From Castellaniella sp. (GTDB lineage: Bacteria; Pseudomonadota; Gammaproteobacteria; Burkholderiales; Burkholderiaceae_B), in NCBI RefSeq assembly GCF_041675725.1, contig NZ_JBAYTI010000004.1, forward strand, positions 2,831 through 66,830: a DNA stretch of 64,000 bases, read 5' to 3'. A program made the position numbers and the translations under genes. Each line of letters begins with the position of its first letter. The first letter of the stretch is position 1. Below the pieces are notes generated by a model that was given only the letters and a program-made list of their open reading frames with translations, did no database searches and was not told the origin of the DNA. Below, piece after piece: positions 43,951 to 55,234 of this stretch.

Positions 43951-45806
43951 GTGAGCTTCCTTGACAAACGTTGACGGATGGACGCTTCGATACCGACGGC
44001 ATCCAGCCCGAGGCGAGCCAGAATGGCCTTTTGCTCGCCATGATCGATGAATTCATCGGGCAGGCCCAACTGCAGGATGGGGCGCTCGATGGCCTCTCGA
44101 TGAAAGAATTCGGCCACGGCACTGCCAGCGCCCCCCATGATGGCAGCCTCTTCGATGGTCACGAACAGCGTGTGGTCCTGGGCGAGCTGCGCCAGCAGGG
44201 ACTCGTCCAGGGGCTTGACGAAACGCATGTCGACCAGGGTGGCATCCAGCGCCTCGGCCGCGCCGGCCGCCTCGGGCAGCAGGGTACCAAAGACCAGCAA
44301 AGCGATGCCAGTGCCTGTGCGTCGCCGCACGGCCTGGCCGATTGCCACGCTCTCGAGACTGGTACCCGGCTCGGCCCCGCACCCGGCCCCGCGCGGGTAG
44401 CGCACCGAAGCCGGGCCTGCAAAGTGATAGCAGGTATTGAGCAGCAGGCGCGCTTCGTGCTCATCGGACGGGGTGGCGACCACCATGTTGGGAATACAGC
44501 GCAGGAAGGCAATATCGTAATTGCCGGCATGCGTGGCGCCATCCGCCCCAACGATACCCGCCCGATCGAGGGCAAAAGTGACGTCCAGATTTTGCAGGGC
44601 GACGTCGTGGATGAGCTGATCATAGCCGCGCTGCAGGAACGTGGAGTAGATCGCCACCACCGGCTTGTTGCCCTCGCAGGCCAGCCCTGCGGCGAAGGTT
44701 ACGGCGTGCTGCTCGGCAATGCCGACGTCGAAATAGCGAGCGGGAAAGCGGCGTTCGAATTCGACCAGCCCACTGCCCTCGCGCATCGCCGGCGTGATGC
44801 CGATCAGCCTGTCGTCGTGGTCGGCCATATCGCACAGCCAGCGGCCGAATACCTGGGAGAAGCTTTGCCGCGACGGCCGGCTCGGCTTCTGGATGCCGAC
44901 GGCCGGGTCGAAGCGGCCTGGCCCATGGTAGAGCACTGGATCCGCCTCGGCCAGCTTATAGCCGTGGCCCTTGCGCGTCACCACATGCAGGAACTGCAGC
45001 CCGCCCAGCTGCCGGACGTTTTCCAGCATGGGAATGAGCGCATCCAGATCATGCCCGTCGATGGGCCCCATATAATGAAAGCCCAACTCTTCGAACAGCG
45101 TGGCGGGCGACAGCATGCCCTTGGCATGCCCTTCAAGTTTGCGCGCCAGCGCCAGGGCCGGCGGCACATGCTGCAGCACTGCGCGCCCCATCGTGCGCGC
45201 CCGCGCATAGAACTGCCCCGACAGCAGACGCGAAAAATAATAATTCAGGGCGCCCACCGGAGGCGATATGGACATGTCATTGTCGTTGAGCACCACCAGC
45301 AGGTTGACGTCCGAAAGCACGCCGGCGTTGTTGAGCGCCTCGAACGCCATCCCGGCCGTCATCGCCCCATCGCCGATGACGGCAATGTGCTGGCGCTGCA
45401 GCCCCGCGTTGCGAGCCGCCACGGCCATGCCCAGGGCCGCTGAAATCGACGTCGACGAATGCGCGGTACCAAAGGCATCCCAGGGCGATTCACAGCGCCG
45501 GGGGAATCCGGAAATCCCGCCCCATTGACGCAAGCCCGCCATCGCCTCTCGTCGACCCGTCAGGATCTTGTGCGGGTACGATTGATGGCCGACATCCCAG
45601 ACCAGCCGGTCATCCGGCGTATTGAAGACATAATGCAGCGCAAGAGTCAGTTCGACTGTCCCCAGGTTGGAAGACAGGTGGCCCCCTGTGCGGGCAACCG
45701 ACTCGAGCACGAAAGCGCGCAGTTCGTCTGCCAGGGGGGCGAGATCCTGACGCTTCAGCCGGCGCAAATCGACCGGTGATTGGATCCCTTCAAGTAAAGT
45801 CGTCAT
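43947..45806 (-). CDS. dxs: 1-deoxy-D-xylulose-5-phosphate synthase
   Basis: [14 protein letters not shown], the TPP motif [15 protein letters not shown], and the transketolase-like middle and C-terminal domains. Confidence 0.95.
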   Translation of the reverse strand: MTTLLEGIQSPVDLRRLKRQDLAPLADELRAFVLESVARTGGHLSSNLGTVELTLALHYVFNTPDDRLVWDVGHQSYPHKILTGRREAMAGLRQWGGISGFPRRCESPWDAFGTAHSSTSISAALGMAVAARNAGLQRQHIAVIGDGAMTAGMAFEALNNAGVLSDVNLLVVLNDNDMSISPPVGALNYYFSRLLSGQFYARARTMGRAVLQHVPPALALARKLEGHAKGMLSPATLFEELGFHYMGPIDGHDLDALIPMLENVRQLGGLQFLHVVTRKGHGYKLAEADPVLYHGPGRFDPAVGIQKPSRPSRQSFSQVFGRWLCDMADHDDRLIGITPAMREGSGLVEFERRFPARYFDVGIAEQHAVTFAAGLACEGNKPVVAIYSTFLQRGYDQLIHDVALQNLDVTFALDRAGIVGADGATHAGNYDIAFLRCIPNMVVATPSDEHEARLLLNTCYHFAGPASVRYPRGAGCGAEPGTSLESVAIGQAVRRRTGTGIALLVFGTLLPEAAGAAEALDATLVDMRFVKPLDESLLAQLAQDHTLFVTIEEAAIMGGAGSAVAEFFHREAIERPILQLGLPDEFIDHGEQKAILARLGLDAVGIEASIRQRLSRKLT

Positions 45807-45838
45807 AAGGTCATTGATTCGAGGCCGCGTGCGCCATG

Positions 45839-46756
45839 TCAGGACGAGCGGCCTATGATGAAATCAGATAATTCGTGCAAACGCCGTGCGGACGGGCCCA
45901 GCGGCAACAGTGCCGTCTTGGCCTGTTCGTGCAGACTGGCCAGCAGATCGCGGGAATCGTCCAGCCCGAGCGTGGAGACATAGGTGGGCTTGTCGTGGGC
46001 CGCGTCCTTGCCCGGCGTCTTGCCCAGCGTACCGGCGTCGCCCGTCACGTCGAGGATATCATCGACGACCTGAAAGGCCAGCCCCATCGCCAGGGCATAG
46101 GCTTCGAGCCCAGTTCGCACGGTCGAGCTGGCCCCCGCCACCACGCCCCCCAACAACACACTGGCCTCGAGCAAAGCACCCGTCTTCATCCGATGCATCT
46201 GCTGCAGTGCTGCCATCGACATGGTACGCCCGGCATGCGCGCAATCGACCGCCTGCCCACCCACCATGCCGTCGCTGCCGGCTGCCCGCGCCAGCAGCTG
46301 CACCGCCTGCACCACCAGCGCCGGCGCGATCGGCATTTGGGCCAGGCAATCAAAGGCCAGTGGCTGCAAGGCGTCGCCCGCCAGCATGGCCAGGGCCTCG
46401 CCGTAGCGCCGATGCACTGTTGGCTGCCCACGGCGCAGATCGTCGTCATCCATACAGGGCAGATCATCGTGCACCAGTGAATAGGCATGAACGAGTTCGA
46501 CCGCGGCTGCGGCGTTGTCGAGCGCGACATCGAGGACATCGGGCGGCCCGCCGGCCGAACGGCTGGCCTCGCCCGCGGCCATGACCAGCGCAGCGCGCAC
46601 CCGCTTGCCCGGCCCCAGCACGGCGTACCGCATGGCCGCGTGCAGATGCGCCGGATCGGAATCGCCCGGATCGGGCAGCAGCTCGTCCAGCACGGACGTG
46701 GTACGCTCGACCGTGGCGCGCAGCCAGTCTTCGAATTCAGGCAGGGCCGACGTCAT
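45839..46756 (-). CDS. ispA: (2E,6E)-farnesyl diphosphate synthase
   Basis: Trimmed to the ATG at 46756. First Asp-rich motif [17 protein letters not shown] and second motif FQVVDDILD. An alternative ATG lies at 46816. Confidence 0.9.
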   Translation of the reverse strand: MTSALPEFEDWLRATVERTTSVLDELLPDPGDSDPAHLHAAMRYAVLGPGKRVRAALVMAAGEASRSAGGPPDVLDVALDNAAAAVELVHAYSLVHDDLPCMDDDDLRRGQPTVHRRYGEALAMLAGDALQPLAFDCLAQMPIAPALVVQAVQLLARAAGSDGMVGGQAVDCAHAGRTMSMAALQQMHRMKTGALLEASVLLGGVVAGASSTVRTGLEAYALAMGLAFQVVDDILDVTGDAGTLGKTPGKDAAHDKPTYVSTLGLDDSRDLLASLHEQAKTALLPLGPSARRLHELSDFIIGRSS

Positions 46757-46895
46757 GCCGCACAGGCCCCCTGGAGCGGGCCGGGCCAGCGCGGCTGGCA
46801 GTTGTCGGCCCGCCATGGCAGCTGGCAGCACGCATACGGAAAAACTTTGAACATGAGTATCATTTGTGCATCCCAGTCTGGATTGTACGAGAACC

Positions 46896-48026
46896 ATGAG
46901 CACGCACGAAACTCCCACCCACCCAACCCCGAGGGGCCCCTTATCCGTCGATCATTACTTCGACCCGGGCATCCTCGAAATCGAGCGTCAAAAGATCTTT
47001 TCCCGCAGCGCGAGCTACGTCGGACACGAGAAAATGGTCCCGGCCTCGGGCGACTGGCGCACGCTGGTCCATGAAGGGGGTGGCCGCATGCTGCTGCGCG
47101 ACGGCCAAACCGTTCGCCTGTTGTCGAACGTCTGCCGCCACCGGCAGGCGCTCATGCTGGGCAGCCAGGACGGCCAAGTGCCTGATTGCGCTTCGGGCAA
47201 CCTGTGCAGCACCGGCGGGCGCATCCTGTGCCCGGTGCACCACTGGAGCTACGACACCCGGGGCCGCCTGCTGAATGCGCCGCTGTTTCCGCGCACACCC
47301 GACGCGGCCCTCGAGTCGTGGCCGTTGTTCGACTGCCACGGCCTGCTGTTCGAGGGGGCCCGGGATCCCTCTGACGACTTGGGCCACCTGTTCACGCGCC
47401 CGGAATTCGATTTTTCGGGCTACGCATTGCATCACGTCGAAGTGCACCCATGCCGGTACAACTGGAAGACCTTCATCGAGGTCTACCTGGAAGACTATCA
47501 TGTCGGCCCATTCCATCCGGGCCTGGGCCAGTTCGTCAGTTGCGATGACCTCGAGTGGGAATTCGGCGACTTCTTCAGCCTGCAGAAGGTGGGCATCCAC
47601 CAGGCGCTGGGCCAACCCGGCAGCGATGTCTACCAGGCATGGCACACGCAGCTGCTGGCATACGCATCAGGCCAGGTACCCCACTTTGGCGCGCTCTGGG
47701 TGACGTATTTCCCGACCCACATGATCGAGGTTTATCCTTATTGCCTGGTGCTGTCCACCCTGTACCCCCAGGGCCCGCAGGATACGGTGAACGTCATCGA
47801 ATTCTATTACCCCGAGGAGATCATCGCTTTCGAGCCCGAGTTCATCGAGGCGCAGCAGGCAGCCTACATGGAAACGGCCATCGAAGACGACGAGATCGCC
47901 GAGCGCATGGATGCCGGGCGGCGGGCGCTGATGCGGCGCGGCACCACGGAAAGCGGGCCCTACCAGCGGCCCCTGGAAGATGGCATGGACCACTTCCACG
48001 CCTGGTACCGGCGCATGATGGCCTGA
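46896..48026 (+). CDS. Rieske [2Fe-2S] non-haem-iron oxygenase, alpha-subunit type (no partner genes nearby)
   Basis: Rieske ligands CRH...CPVHH. Catalytic-domain motif NWKTFIEVYLEDYHVGPFH. Start taken at the ATG at 46896 (the ORF-track GTG is at 46866). Confidence 0.8.
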   Translation: MSTHETPTHPTPRGPLSVDHYFDPGILEIERQKIFSRSASYVGHEKMVPASGDWRTLVHEGGGRMLLRDGQTVRLLSNVCRHRQALMLGSQDGQVPDCASGNLCSTGGRILCPVHHWSYDTRGRLLNAPLFPRTPDAALESWPLFDCHGLLFEGARDPSDDLGHLFTRPEFDFSGYALHHVEVHPCRYNWKTFIEVYLEDYHVGPFHPGLGQFVSCDDLEWEFGDFFSLQKVGIHQALGQPGSDVYQAWHTQLLAYASGQVPHFGALWVTYFPTHMIEVYPYCLVLSTLYPQGPQDTVNVIEFYYPEEIIAFEPEFIEAQQAAYMETAIEDDEIAERMDAGRRALMRRGTTESGPYQRPLEDGMDHFHAWYRRMMA

Positions 48027-48054
48027 GGCCAGCGCCCCTGCAGGGCCTCAGGCC
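48020..48054. terminator. 11-bp perfect inverted repeat (ggcctgaggcc / ggcctcaggcc, 13-nt loop) spanning both convergent stop codons; possible bidirectional terminator hairpin
   Basis: Read directly: 48020-48030 is the reverse complement of 48044-48054. The TGA of the Rieske gene and the TGA of sseA both lie inside the stem arms. There is no U-tract. Confidence 0.35.
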
Positions 48055-48914
48055 CCAGTGGCCACCGGGTGGCCAGGTCTGCTGCACCATTCGCTCCAGG
48101 AGCCCGGATACAGCGACGAGCCCGGCAAGCCGGCCAGCTCCATGGCAAACAGGTTATGACAGGCCGTGATCCCCGAGCCGCATTGGTGCACGATGCCCTG
48201 CTTCAGGCGTTCACCCAATAGATCCTGAAACTCGGCCCGCAGGCGATCGGGCGACTTGAACCGGCCGTGCTCGTCGAGATTCTGCCCAAAGGGCCGATTC
48301 AAAGCGCCCGGGATATGACCGGCCACGGGATCCAATGGTTCTACCTGCCCCGCAAAGCGCTCGGGGGTACGCGCATCGAGCACGGTAAAACGGGGTTGCG
48401 CCAGGTTGGCCAGGACGGCGGCGGCATCCACCACGGGCATGGCTGGCTGTGCAGCCAGACGCAGGCCCTGCATCGCCTGGGCTTCGCTGACCGAAGGGTT
48501 GCGCGTGCCGGTTTCAACCGCACCGCCAGCCGCCAGCCAGGCGGCCCAACCCCCATCGAGCACCGCAGCCGATTCGTGGCCAAGCCAGCGCAGCATCCAC
48601 CATAAACGCGTTGCCATCGCGCCATTACCGGCGTCATAGACCACGACTTGCGCGCGAGCGGACAGACCCTGCGCGCGCATGAGCGAGGCAAAATCGGCAC
48701 GATCGGGCAGGGGATGGCGCCCATTGTGACCGGACCGCGGCGCGCTGAGCTGGGTCTCGCAATCCAGGAACAGCGCACCGGGAATGTGGCCGGTTTCGTA
48801 GGCCCGGCGCCCGGCCTGGAGATCCCCGAGATCGTGCCGAACGTCAAACACCAGGCATCCTGGGCGGGCCAGCCGTTCATGCAAGTCGGACGCCTGGATC
48901 AACAAGGTATTCAT
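48048..48914 (-). CDS. sseA: Tandem-rhodanese sulfurtransferase (thiosulfate/3-mercaptopyruvate type)
   Basis: Two rhodanese domains. GHIPGA occurs twice. The active-site loop HQCGSGITACH is in the second domain. Confidence 0.85.
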   Translation of the reverse strand: MNTLLIQASDLHERLARPGCLVFDVRHDLGDLQAGRRAYETGHIPGALFLDCETQLSAPRSGHNGRHPLPDRADFASLMRAQGLSARAQVVVYDAGNGAMATRLWWMLRWLGHESAAVLDGGWAAWLAAGGAVETGTRNPSVSEAQAMQGLRLAAQPAMPVVDAAAVLANLAQPRFTVLDARTPERFAGQVEPLDPVAGHIPGALNRPFGQNLDEHGRFKSPDRLRAEFQDLLGERLKQGIVHQCGSGITACHNLFAMELAGLPGSSLYPGSWSEWCSRPGHPVATGA

Positions 48915-49822
48915 GGTGCATCTGCCTCCTGCGGGCGGGCGCCCGCCGCTGAATGTTCACTGATACCACGCAAGATACGCGCCTCGGCATGGGTGCGCCA
49001 CACGGACAGCATACCCGAGGCGATGATCAGCGCCATGCCGGCCCATGCGAGCGGTGCTGGCCGGTCGCCCCAGAAAACCACACCGATCAGGGCGGCAAAG
49101 ATGATGGTCGTGTACTGCAGCGCCGCCGTCAAGAGGGTGGAACCGAGGCCAAAAGCCCGCGTCATCGCCAACTGCCCCACGAGCCCCGCCACCCCCAGGC
49201 CGATCAACGCCAGCACGGTCAGGGGCGTACGGGTGTGCCAGCCATTGATCGCGATGCCCGCCAAGCCGCTGAGGCTCGCGCCCATGGAAAAAATCAGCAC
49301 AGTGCGCCATTCGGGTTCGCCGATACGGCCCAATTGGCGAATCTGCATCATCGCCACGGCCGACAAGGCGCCGGCAGCGAGCCCCAGCAGGGCCGCCAGC
49401 CATTGATCGTGCTCGATGCTGGGCCGCAACACGCCCAACACCCCGAGAAAGCCGGCCAGAACCGCCATGACGCGCACGGGATCCCGCTGCGCACCACCGA
49501 AGAACAGCATCCAGCCGCCAATGAACAGCGGGGCGGTGTAGTTCAGGCTGATCGCCGTGGGCAGCGCCAGGTGCGACAATGCGTAAAAACCCAGCCACAT
49601 GGACAGGATGCCGCTCAGGTTGCGCCAGATATGAAAGCGCCAGCTGACAGGGCGCAGCCGCCTGCGGGTGGAACGGGCCCAGAAGAACAACAGCAGCACC
49701 GAAGGCAACCCGCGAAACAGCACGATTTCGGGCAGGCTGGCGGTGCCATCGGCAGCCACCTTGATCAGGGCCCCCATCATGGCGAACATGGCGCACGCCA
49801 GCAACATCCATAAAGACTGCAT
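48911..49822 (-). CDS. EamA/DMT-family transporter
   Basis: Trimmed to the ATG at 49822 ([21 protein letters not shown]). Ten TM helices in two EamA repeats. ATGA overlap with the sseA start. Confidence 0.8.
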   Translation of the reverse strand: MQSLWMLLACAMFAMMGALIKVAADGTASLPEIVLFRGLPSVLLLFFWARSTRRRLRPVSWRFHIWRNLSGILSMWLGFYALSHLALPTAISLNYTAPLFIGGWMLFFGGAQRDPVRVMAVLAGFLGVLGVLRPSIEHDQWLAALLGLAAGALSAVAMMQIRQLGRIGEPEWRTVLIFSMGASLSGLAGIAINGWHTRTPLTVLALIGLGVAGLVGQLAMTRAFGLGSTLLTAALQYTTIIFAALIGVVFWGDRPAPLAWAGMALIIASGMLSVWRTHAEARILRGISEHSAAGARPQEADAP

Positions 49823-49945
49823 GCTTCTTACCACGTTCGGGCTACCGTTTGGAAATTCGATACTATACACTTTCGTAAAACTCGGGACGATCGCACGCGT
49901 ACCCCGGCAACCTGGGCTTCAGCCCCGCCACCACACCCCATTTTC

Positions 49946-50824
49946 ATGAAACGTATCTTTTTGTTCCTGGCGACCAACCTGGCCGTTCTGGTCGTGCTCA
50001 ACATCACGATGACCGTGCTGGGCATCGGTCCGTACCTCACGGCCAATGGCATCGACCCGGGCGCCTTGCTGATCTTTGCCGCAATCATCGGTTTTGCAGG
50101 CTCATTCATATCCCTGTTCCTCAGCAAATGGATGGCCAAGACCAGCACGGGCGCTCGCGTCATCGACCCGCAGGCGCCCCGCAGCCGGCGCGAAGCCTGG
50201 CTGGTCGAAACGGTGCACCAGCTGGCAGACCGCGCCGGCGTGGGCCGCCCCGAGGTCGCCATCTACGACGGCGCCCCCAACGCATTTGCGACGGGCGCTT
50301 TCCGCAACGATTCCCTGGTGGCCGTATCCACCGGCCTGCTGACATCGATGACCGAAGAAGAAGTCACCGCCGTCCTGGGCCATGAAGTCGCCCATATCGC
50401 CAATGGCGACATGGTCACGTTGACGCTGATCCAGGGCGTGGTGAACACCTTCGTGATTTTTCTTTCCCGGCTGGTCGGATACTTCATCGACCGCGTGATC
50501 ATGCGCAACGACCGTGACGTCGGCGCAGGCTACTACCTGAGCGTCATCGTATGCGAGATCTTCTTCGGGCTCATCGCTTCCATCATCGTCGCCTGGTTCT
50601 CCCGGCAACGTGAATTTCGTGCCGACGCGGGCTCCGCCAGCCTGCTGGGCTCGCGCGAGCCCATGATCAGGGCGCTGGCGCGCCTGGGCGGGCTCGAAGC
50701 AGGCGAACTGCCCAAGGCCCTGGCTGCGTCGGGCATCGCCGGGGCTGCGATCGGGGCCCTGTTCGCCTCGCATCCCCCCATCGAAAAACGCATCGAAGCC
50801 CTGCGGCAGTTGCGCAGCCGCTGA
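49946..50824 (+). CDS. htpX: Membrane zinc metalloprotease HtpX
   Basis: [17 protein letters not shown] aligns with the E. coli HtpX N-terminus. Zinc motif [11 protein letters not shown]. Confidence 0.95.
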   Translation: MKRIFLFLATNLAVLVVLNITMTVLGIGPYLTANGIDPGALLIFAAIIGFAGSFISLFLSKWMAKTSTGARVIDPQAPRSRREAWLVETVHQLADRAGVGRPEVAIYDGAPNAFATGAFRNDSLVAVSTGLLTSMTEEEVTAVLGHEVAHIANGDMVTLTLIQGVVNTFVIFLSRLVGYFIDRVIMRNDRDVGAGYYLSVIVCEIFFGLIASIIVAWFSRQREFRADAGSASLLGSREPMIRALARLGGLEAGELPKALAASGIAGAAIGALFASHPPIEKRIEALRQLRSR

Positions 50825-50829
50825 ACGCG

Positions 50830-52491
50830 ATGCGGGAGCTGCAAGTCCTCGTCTCATTTGGCGGCTACATCGCCCTGCTGCTCTGGGGCGTCTACATGGT
50901 GCAGACCGGGGTGCAGCGCGCATTCGGCAAGCGGCTGGGCCTGTGGATGGGGCGGGCCATGGGCTCGCTGTCGCGTGCATTCAGCACCGGCCTGCTCATT
51001 ACGGCTGCCATCCAGAGCAGCACCGCCACGGGCTTGATGATCGCAGGCTTTGCGATGGATGGCCTGGTGCCGCTGGTGCCCGGTCTCGCGGCCATGCTGG
51101 GTGCCAATGTGGGGACCACGCTGATCGTGCAGGCCCTGGCGTTCAACCCCACCGCCATCGCGCCCGGCCTGGTGCTGCTCGGGGTCTGGATGTTCCGCCA
51201 TTACGCGCCGGGTCGAACACGCGACCTGAGCCGCGCGATCATCGGCCTGGGCCTGCTGCTGCTGGCCCTGCACGAACTGGTCGGCATGTTCGAACCGCTC
51301 AAGAATGCCCCCATGTTGGGCGATGCCCTGAGAATGCTGGTCGACACCCCGCTGGTTGCCCTGGCTGCCGCCACCCTGCTGACCTGGGCCTCGCATTCCA
51401 GCGTCGCCGTCGTCGTGCTCATCATGTCGCTCGCCCACCATGGGCTGGTACCACCTGAATTGGCCTATGCCCTTGTCTTGGGCGCCAACCTGGGCACGGC
51501 CATCAATCCCGTGACCGAAAGCGGCTACAGCGGCAACCCCGCGTCACGCCGCCTGCCCGTCGGCAACCTGGGCACGCGCGTGGCGGGCTGCGCGGTCGCC
51601 ATGGCCCTGTGGCCATGGGCGGCATCGATCATGCATCTGCTGGGGGCCAGCGATCCAGCCCATGCCGTCGCCAACCTGCATCTGGCCTTCAACCTCGTGG
51701 TCGCGCTCGCCTTCATGCCGATGCTGGCCCCCTACGCCCGGCTGCTCGAGCACCTGCTGCCGCAAAAAGCCGCGGGTATCGACCGGGCCCGACCGCTCTA
51801 CCTGGCCGAGCCATCGCGCGAGGTACCCGCCATCGCACTGGGCCAGGCCACCCGCGAGGCCCTGCGTCTGACCGACCTGCTGCACGAATCGTTGCAGTTG
51901 ACCCGCAACGCGTTACTGGCCGGCGACACATCGGCCATCGGCAGGGCCCGCGACATCAATACCAGCATCGCGCGCCTCGACCAGACCATCACGACGTTTC
52001 TTGCCACACTCGACCAGGAAAACCTCAGTTCGGAAGATGAAAGCAACCTCAAATCGGTACTGACGTTTTCCATGAATATGGCGCACGCGGCCAGCTTCTC
52101 GGGCATGGGGCTGCTGGCCCATGCCAGCCGCCTGAGCAAGAAAAACTGGGCCCTGGACCCCGATCAGCGCCACGAGCTGGCCGAAGTGATGGACCGTCTG
52201 CTGAACAACCTGAGCCAGGCCGGCGCCCTGTTCCTTTCAGGCGACCGGATTTCTGCCCGCCACCTCGCGTACGAAAAAGAATACTTTCGCGAACTCGAGG
52301 CCCGCGCGGCCGAACGCCACCTCGAACGCATCAAAACCGGCCGCATCGATGCCGCCGACATTGGCGCCTTCTACCTGGAAGTGCTGCGCGACGCGGGGGG
52401 TGTCAACGCGTACCTGGTCAATGGGGCCGCCTACCCGGTGTTGTCGCGCCACGGCGAGCTACTGCCCAACCGGTTGCGTGAGATCGACTGA
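50830..52491 (+). CDS. Na+/phosphate cotransporter family protein with a C-terminal PhoU-like domain
   Basis: Duplicated Na/Pi-cotransporter repeats (QSSTATGLM and SHSSVAVVVL), followed by a soluble helical PhoU-like C-terminal half. Confidence 0.85.
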   Translation: MRELQVLVSFGGYIALLLWGVYMVQTGVQRAFGKRLGLWMGRAMGSLSRAFSTGLLITAAIQSSTATGLMIAGFAMDGLVPLVPGLAAMLGANVGTTLIVQALAFNPTAIAPGLVLLGVWMFRHYAPGRTRDLSRAIIGLGLLLLALHELVGMFEPLKNAPMLGDALRMLVDTPLVALAAATLLTWASHSSVAVVVLIMSLAHHGLVPPELAYALVLGANLGTAINPVTESGYSGNPASRRLPVGNLGTRVAGCAVAMALWPWAASIMHLLGASDPAHAVANLHLAFNLVVALAFMPMLAPYARLLEHLLPQKAAGIDRARPLYLAEPSREVPAIALGQATREALRLTDLLHESLQLTRNALLAGDTSAIGRARDINTSIARLDQTITTFLATLDQENLSSEDESNLKSVLTFSMNMAHAASFSGMGLLAHASRLSKKNWALDPDQRHELAEVMDRLLNNLSQAGALFLSGDRISARHLAYEKEYFRELEARAAERHLERIKTGRIDAADIGAFYLEVLRDAGGVNAYLVNGAAYPVLSRHGELLPNRLREID

Positions 52492-52510
52492 CACCGCGGG
52501 CCCGACGGGC

Positions 52511-55234
52511 TCAGTGCGCCTCGCTCCAGTTGGCGCCCACGCCCACGTCGGCCACCAGCGGCACGGCCAGCGTCGCGACGGACGACATGATCACCGGCAC
52601 CCGTTCACGCAACAGGGGCACGTCATCGGCGACGGCATCGAACACCAGTTCGTCGTGCACCTGCATGACCATCAGGCTGCGCAAGCCTTCGGTGTCGAGC
52701 CAATCCTGCACGGCCACCATGGCCATCTTGATGAGATCGGCCGCCGTCCCCTGCACGGGCGCATTGATGGCGGCCCGTTCCGCGGCGGCCGCCCGCGCGC
52801 CCTTGGCCGAAAGCAGTTCGGGGAAGTGCAGGCGCCGGCCAAAAACGGTTTCCACCCGCCCCCGCTCATGGGCCTGGCGGCGGATGCGGTCCATATAGGC
52901 CGCCACGCCCGGGTAGCGCATGAAATAACGATCGATGTACGCTCGGGCAGCCGACCGCGTGATGCCCAGGTTGTTGGCCAAGCCGAACTCGCCCATGCCG
53001 TAAATCAGGCCGAAATTGATGGCCTTGGCTGCCCGTCTGTGCTCGGCATCGACGGCATCGAGCGCCAGCCCGAACACCTCGGCCGCCGTGGCCCTGTGGA
53101 TGTCCAGCCCTTGCTCGAACGCCTTGCAGAGATTTTCGTCGCCCGACAGGTGCGCCATGACGCGCAGCTCGACCTGGGAGTAATCCGCCGATACGATGCA
53201 ACCGCCCTGGCTGGCTACGAATGCGGCCCGCACGCGGCGGCCTTCGGGCGTGCGCACGGGGATATTCTGCAGGTTGGGGTCGGACGAAGCCAACCGCCCC
53301 GTCACCACCGCGGCCTGAGCATACCGGGTGTGCACCCGGCCCGTGCGCGCATCGACCATGCGCGGCAGCTTGTCGGTATACGTGGACTTCAGCTTGGCCA
53401 GGCCCCGGTATTCGAGCAACAACTTGGGTAGAGGATACCGGCCCGCCAATTGCGTAAGCACTTCTTCGTCGGTCGAAGGCGCGCCGCTGGCTGTTTTCCG
53501 TACCACGGGAATCTGCATCCGCTCGAACAGGATCTCACCCAGCTGCTTGGGCGAGTTGAGATTGAACGGCTGGCCCGCCAGCGCATGCGCCTGTGTCTCC
53601 AGCGCCAGCAGCTGCTGGCCCAGTTCGCGGCTCTGCGCGGCGAGCTCGTCGCCATCGATGGCCACGCCGTTGCGTTCGATGCGGGCCAGGACTTCGGATG
53701 TCTGCAGCTCGAGCGCATAGATACGTGACAGCCCGGCGTCTTCGGCCACCTGAGGGTACAGGGCCCGGTGCAGTCGCAAGGTGAAATCGGCGTCTTCGGC
53801 GGCGTACGGACCCGCCAGTTCCAGGGCGACTTCGTCGAACCCGATCTGGCGCGCGCCCTTGCCGCACAGGTCTTCGTAGCTGGTACCGGCCTGCCCGAGC
53901 CACTGGATGGAAAGATCCTGCAAATTGACCCGCCGGTTGGACTGCAGCACGTACGCCTGCAACATCGTGTCATGCTGAATCCCGCGTAAATCGAGCCCCG
54001 CGTTGGCGAACACGTGGGTATCGTACTTGGCATTGTGCAGCACCTTGGCGGCACCTGCGTCTTCGAGCCACGGGCGCAGCTGCTCGAGCACCCAGGCGGT
54101 GTCCAGCTGCTGGGCGACGCCGGGCCCCCGATGCGCCAGGGGCACATAGGCCGCGACACCCGGTGCGGTGGCCACCGAAAACCCCACGAGGCGAGCCGCC
54201 ATGGGATCCAGGCTCGTGGTCTCGGTGTCTAGCGCAACCAGCGCCGCAGCGCGCAGCTTTTCCATCCAGGCCAGAAAATGTTCGCGATCCAGCACGAGCT
54301 CGTAGTGCACCCCATCCGGCGCCTCGGCCGTCTCTGCTTCGACCCGCCCATCCTGCTTGGGAATACGGGTGGGATCCCCGGTTTCCTCGCGCAGCCAGGA
54401 CCGAAAGCCGTACTCTTCATAGAGGCGCACGAGTGTATCCCGGTCGGGCGCGCGCAGCTGCAGGGCCTGTGGCGCATGCTCGGGCGCCAGGGCGCAATCA
54501 AGGCGTACCGTCAGCAACTGACGGGTCAATGGAAACTGGCCCTGTGCGGCGCGCAGATTTTGCCCTGCGACCCCCTTGATCTCGTCTGCGTGGGCGAGCA
54601 GCGCATCGAGGCTGCCATAGGTACCCAGCCATCGGGCGGCCGTTTTGGGCCCGACCTTGTCGACGCCGGGGATATTGTCGACCGCATCGCCAGTGAGCAT
54701 GAGATAATCGACGATGCGCTCCGGTGGTACGCCAAAACGCTGAACAACCCCGTCCTTGTCCTGGTGTTCGCCAGTCATGGTATTCACCAGCTCGACCTGG
54801 TCATTCACCAGTTGCGCCAGATCCTTGTCGCCCGTCGAGATAATGGTATAAAACCCATTTTCGCGGGCCTGACGCGCCAGGGTGCCAATGACGTCATCGG
54901 CTTCGACGCCGTCTTGCACGATCACCGTCCAGCCCATGGCGGCCGCAGCCTGGTGAATGGCCGCCAGCTGGAGCCGCAGGTCGTCGGGCATGGACGGCCG
55001 CTGGGCCTTGTAATCGGGGTATAGTTCGTCTCGAAACGACCCGCCTGCCGCATCGAACACGCAGGCGCCATGGGTGGCAACCCCATCGTAGTCGTGCTGC
55101 AGGCGACGCAGCATGGACATGACCCCATACAGGGCACCCGTCGGTTCGCCCCGGGCATTGCGCAGATCGGGCATGGCATGATAAGCGCGGTACAGGTAAC
55201 TGGACCCATCCACGAGCAGCAGAGTTTTTTTCAT
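52511..55234 (-). CDS. polA: DNA polymerase I
   Basis: Trimmed to the ATG at 55234 (MKKTLLLVDGSSYLYRAYHA, the 5'-nuclease start). 3'-5' exonuclease motif ALDTETTSLD. Polymerase motifs SADYSQVELRVMAH and QVHDELVF. Confidence 0.95.
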   Translation of the reverse strand: MKKTLLLVDGSSYLYRAYHAMPDLRNARGEPTGALYGVMSMLRRLQHDYDGVATHGACVFDAAGGSFRDELYPDYKAQRPSMPDDLRLQLAAIHQAAAAMGWTVIVQDGVEADDVIGTLARQARENGFYTIISTGDKDLAQLVNDQVELVNTMTGEHQDKDGVVQRFGVPPERIVDYLMLTGDAVDNIPGVDKVGPKTAARWLGTYGSLDALLAHADEIKGVAGQNLRAAQGQFPLTRQLLTVRLDCALAPEHAPQALQLRAPDRDTLVRLYEEYGFRSWLREETGDPTRIPKQDGRVEAETAEAPDGVHYELVLDREHFLAWMEKLRAAALVALDTETTSLDPMAARLVGFSVATAPGVAAYVPLAHRGPGVAQQLDTAWVLEQLRPWLEDAGAAKVLHNAKYDTHVFANAGLDLRGIQHDTMLQAYVLQSNRRVNLQDLSIQWLGQAGTSYEDLCGKGARQIGFDEVALELAGPYAAEDADFTLRLHRALYPQVAEDAGLSRIYALELQTSEVLARIERNGVAIDGDELAAQSRELGQQLLALETQAHALAGQPFNLNSPKQLGEILFERMQIPVVRKTASGAPSTDEEVLTQLAGRYPLPKLLLEYRGLAKLKSTYTDKLPRMVDARTGRVHTRYAQAAVVTGRLASSDPNLQNIPVRTPEGRRVRAAFVASQGGCIVSADYSQVELRVMAHLSGDENLCKAFEQGLDIHRATAAEVFGLALDAVDAEHRRAAKAINFGLIYGMGEFGLANNLGITRSAARAYIDRYFMRYPGVAAYMDRIRRQAHERGRVETVFGRRLHFPELLSAKGARAAAAERAAINAPVQGTAADLIKMAMVAVQDWLDTEGLRSLMVMQVHDELVFDAVADDVPLLRERVPVIMSSVATLAVPLVADVGVGANWSEAH

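Noticed and set aside
49917-49943. A sigma32-like promoter (gCTTCAg-N13-CCCCATTT) in front of htpX, a known heat-shock gene in E. coli.
   Set aside because: The -10-like element ends only 2 nt before the htpX ATG. The predicted transcription start would therefore fall inside the coding sequence, and the ATG at 49946 is fixed by alignment to the E. coli HtpX N-terminus.
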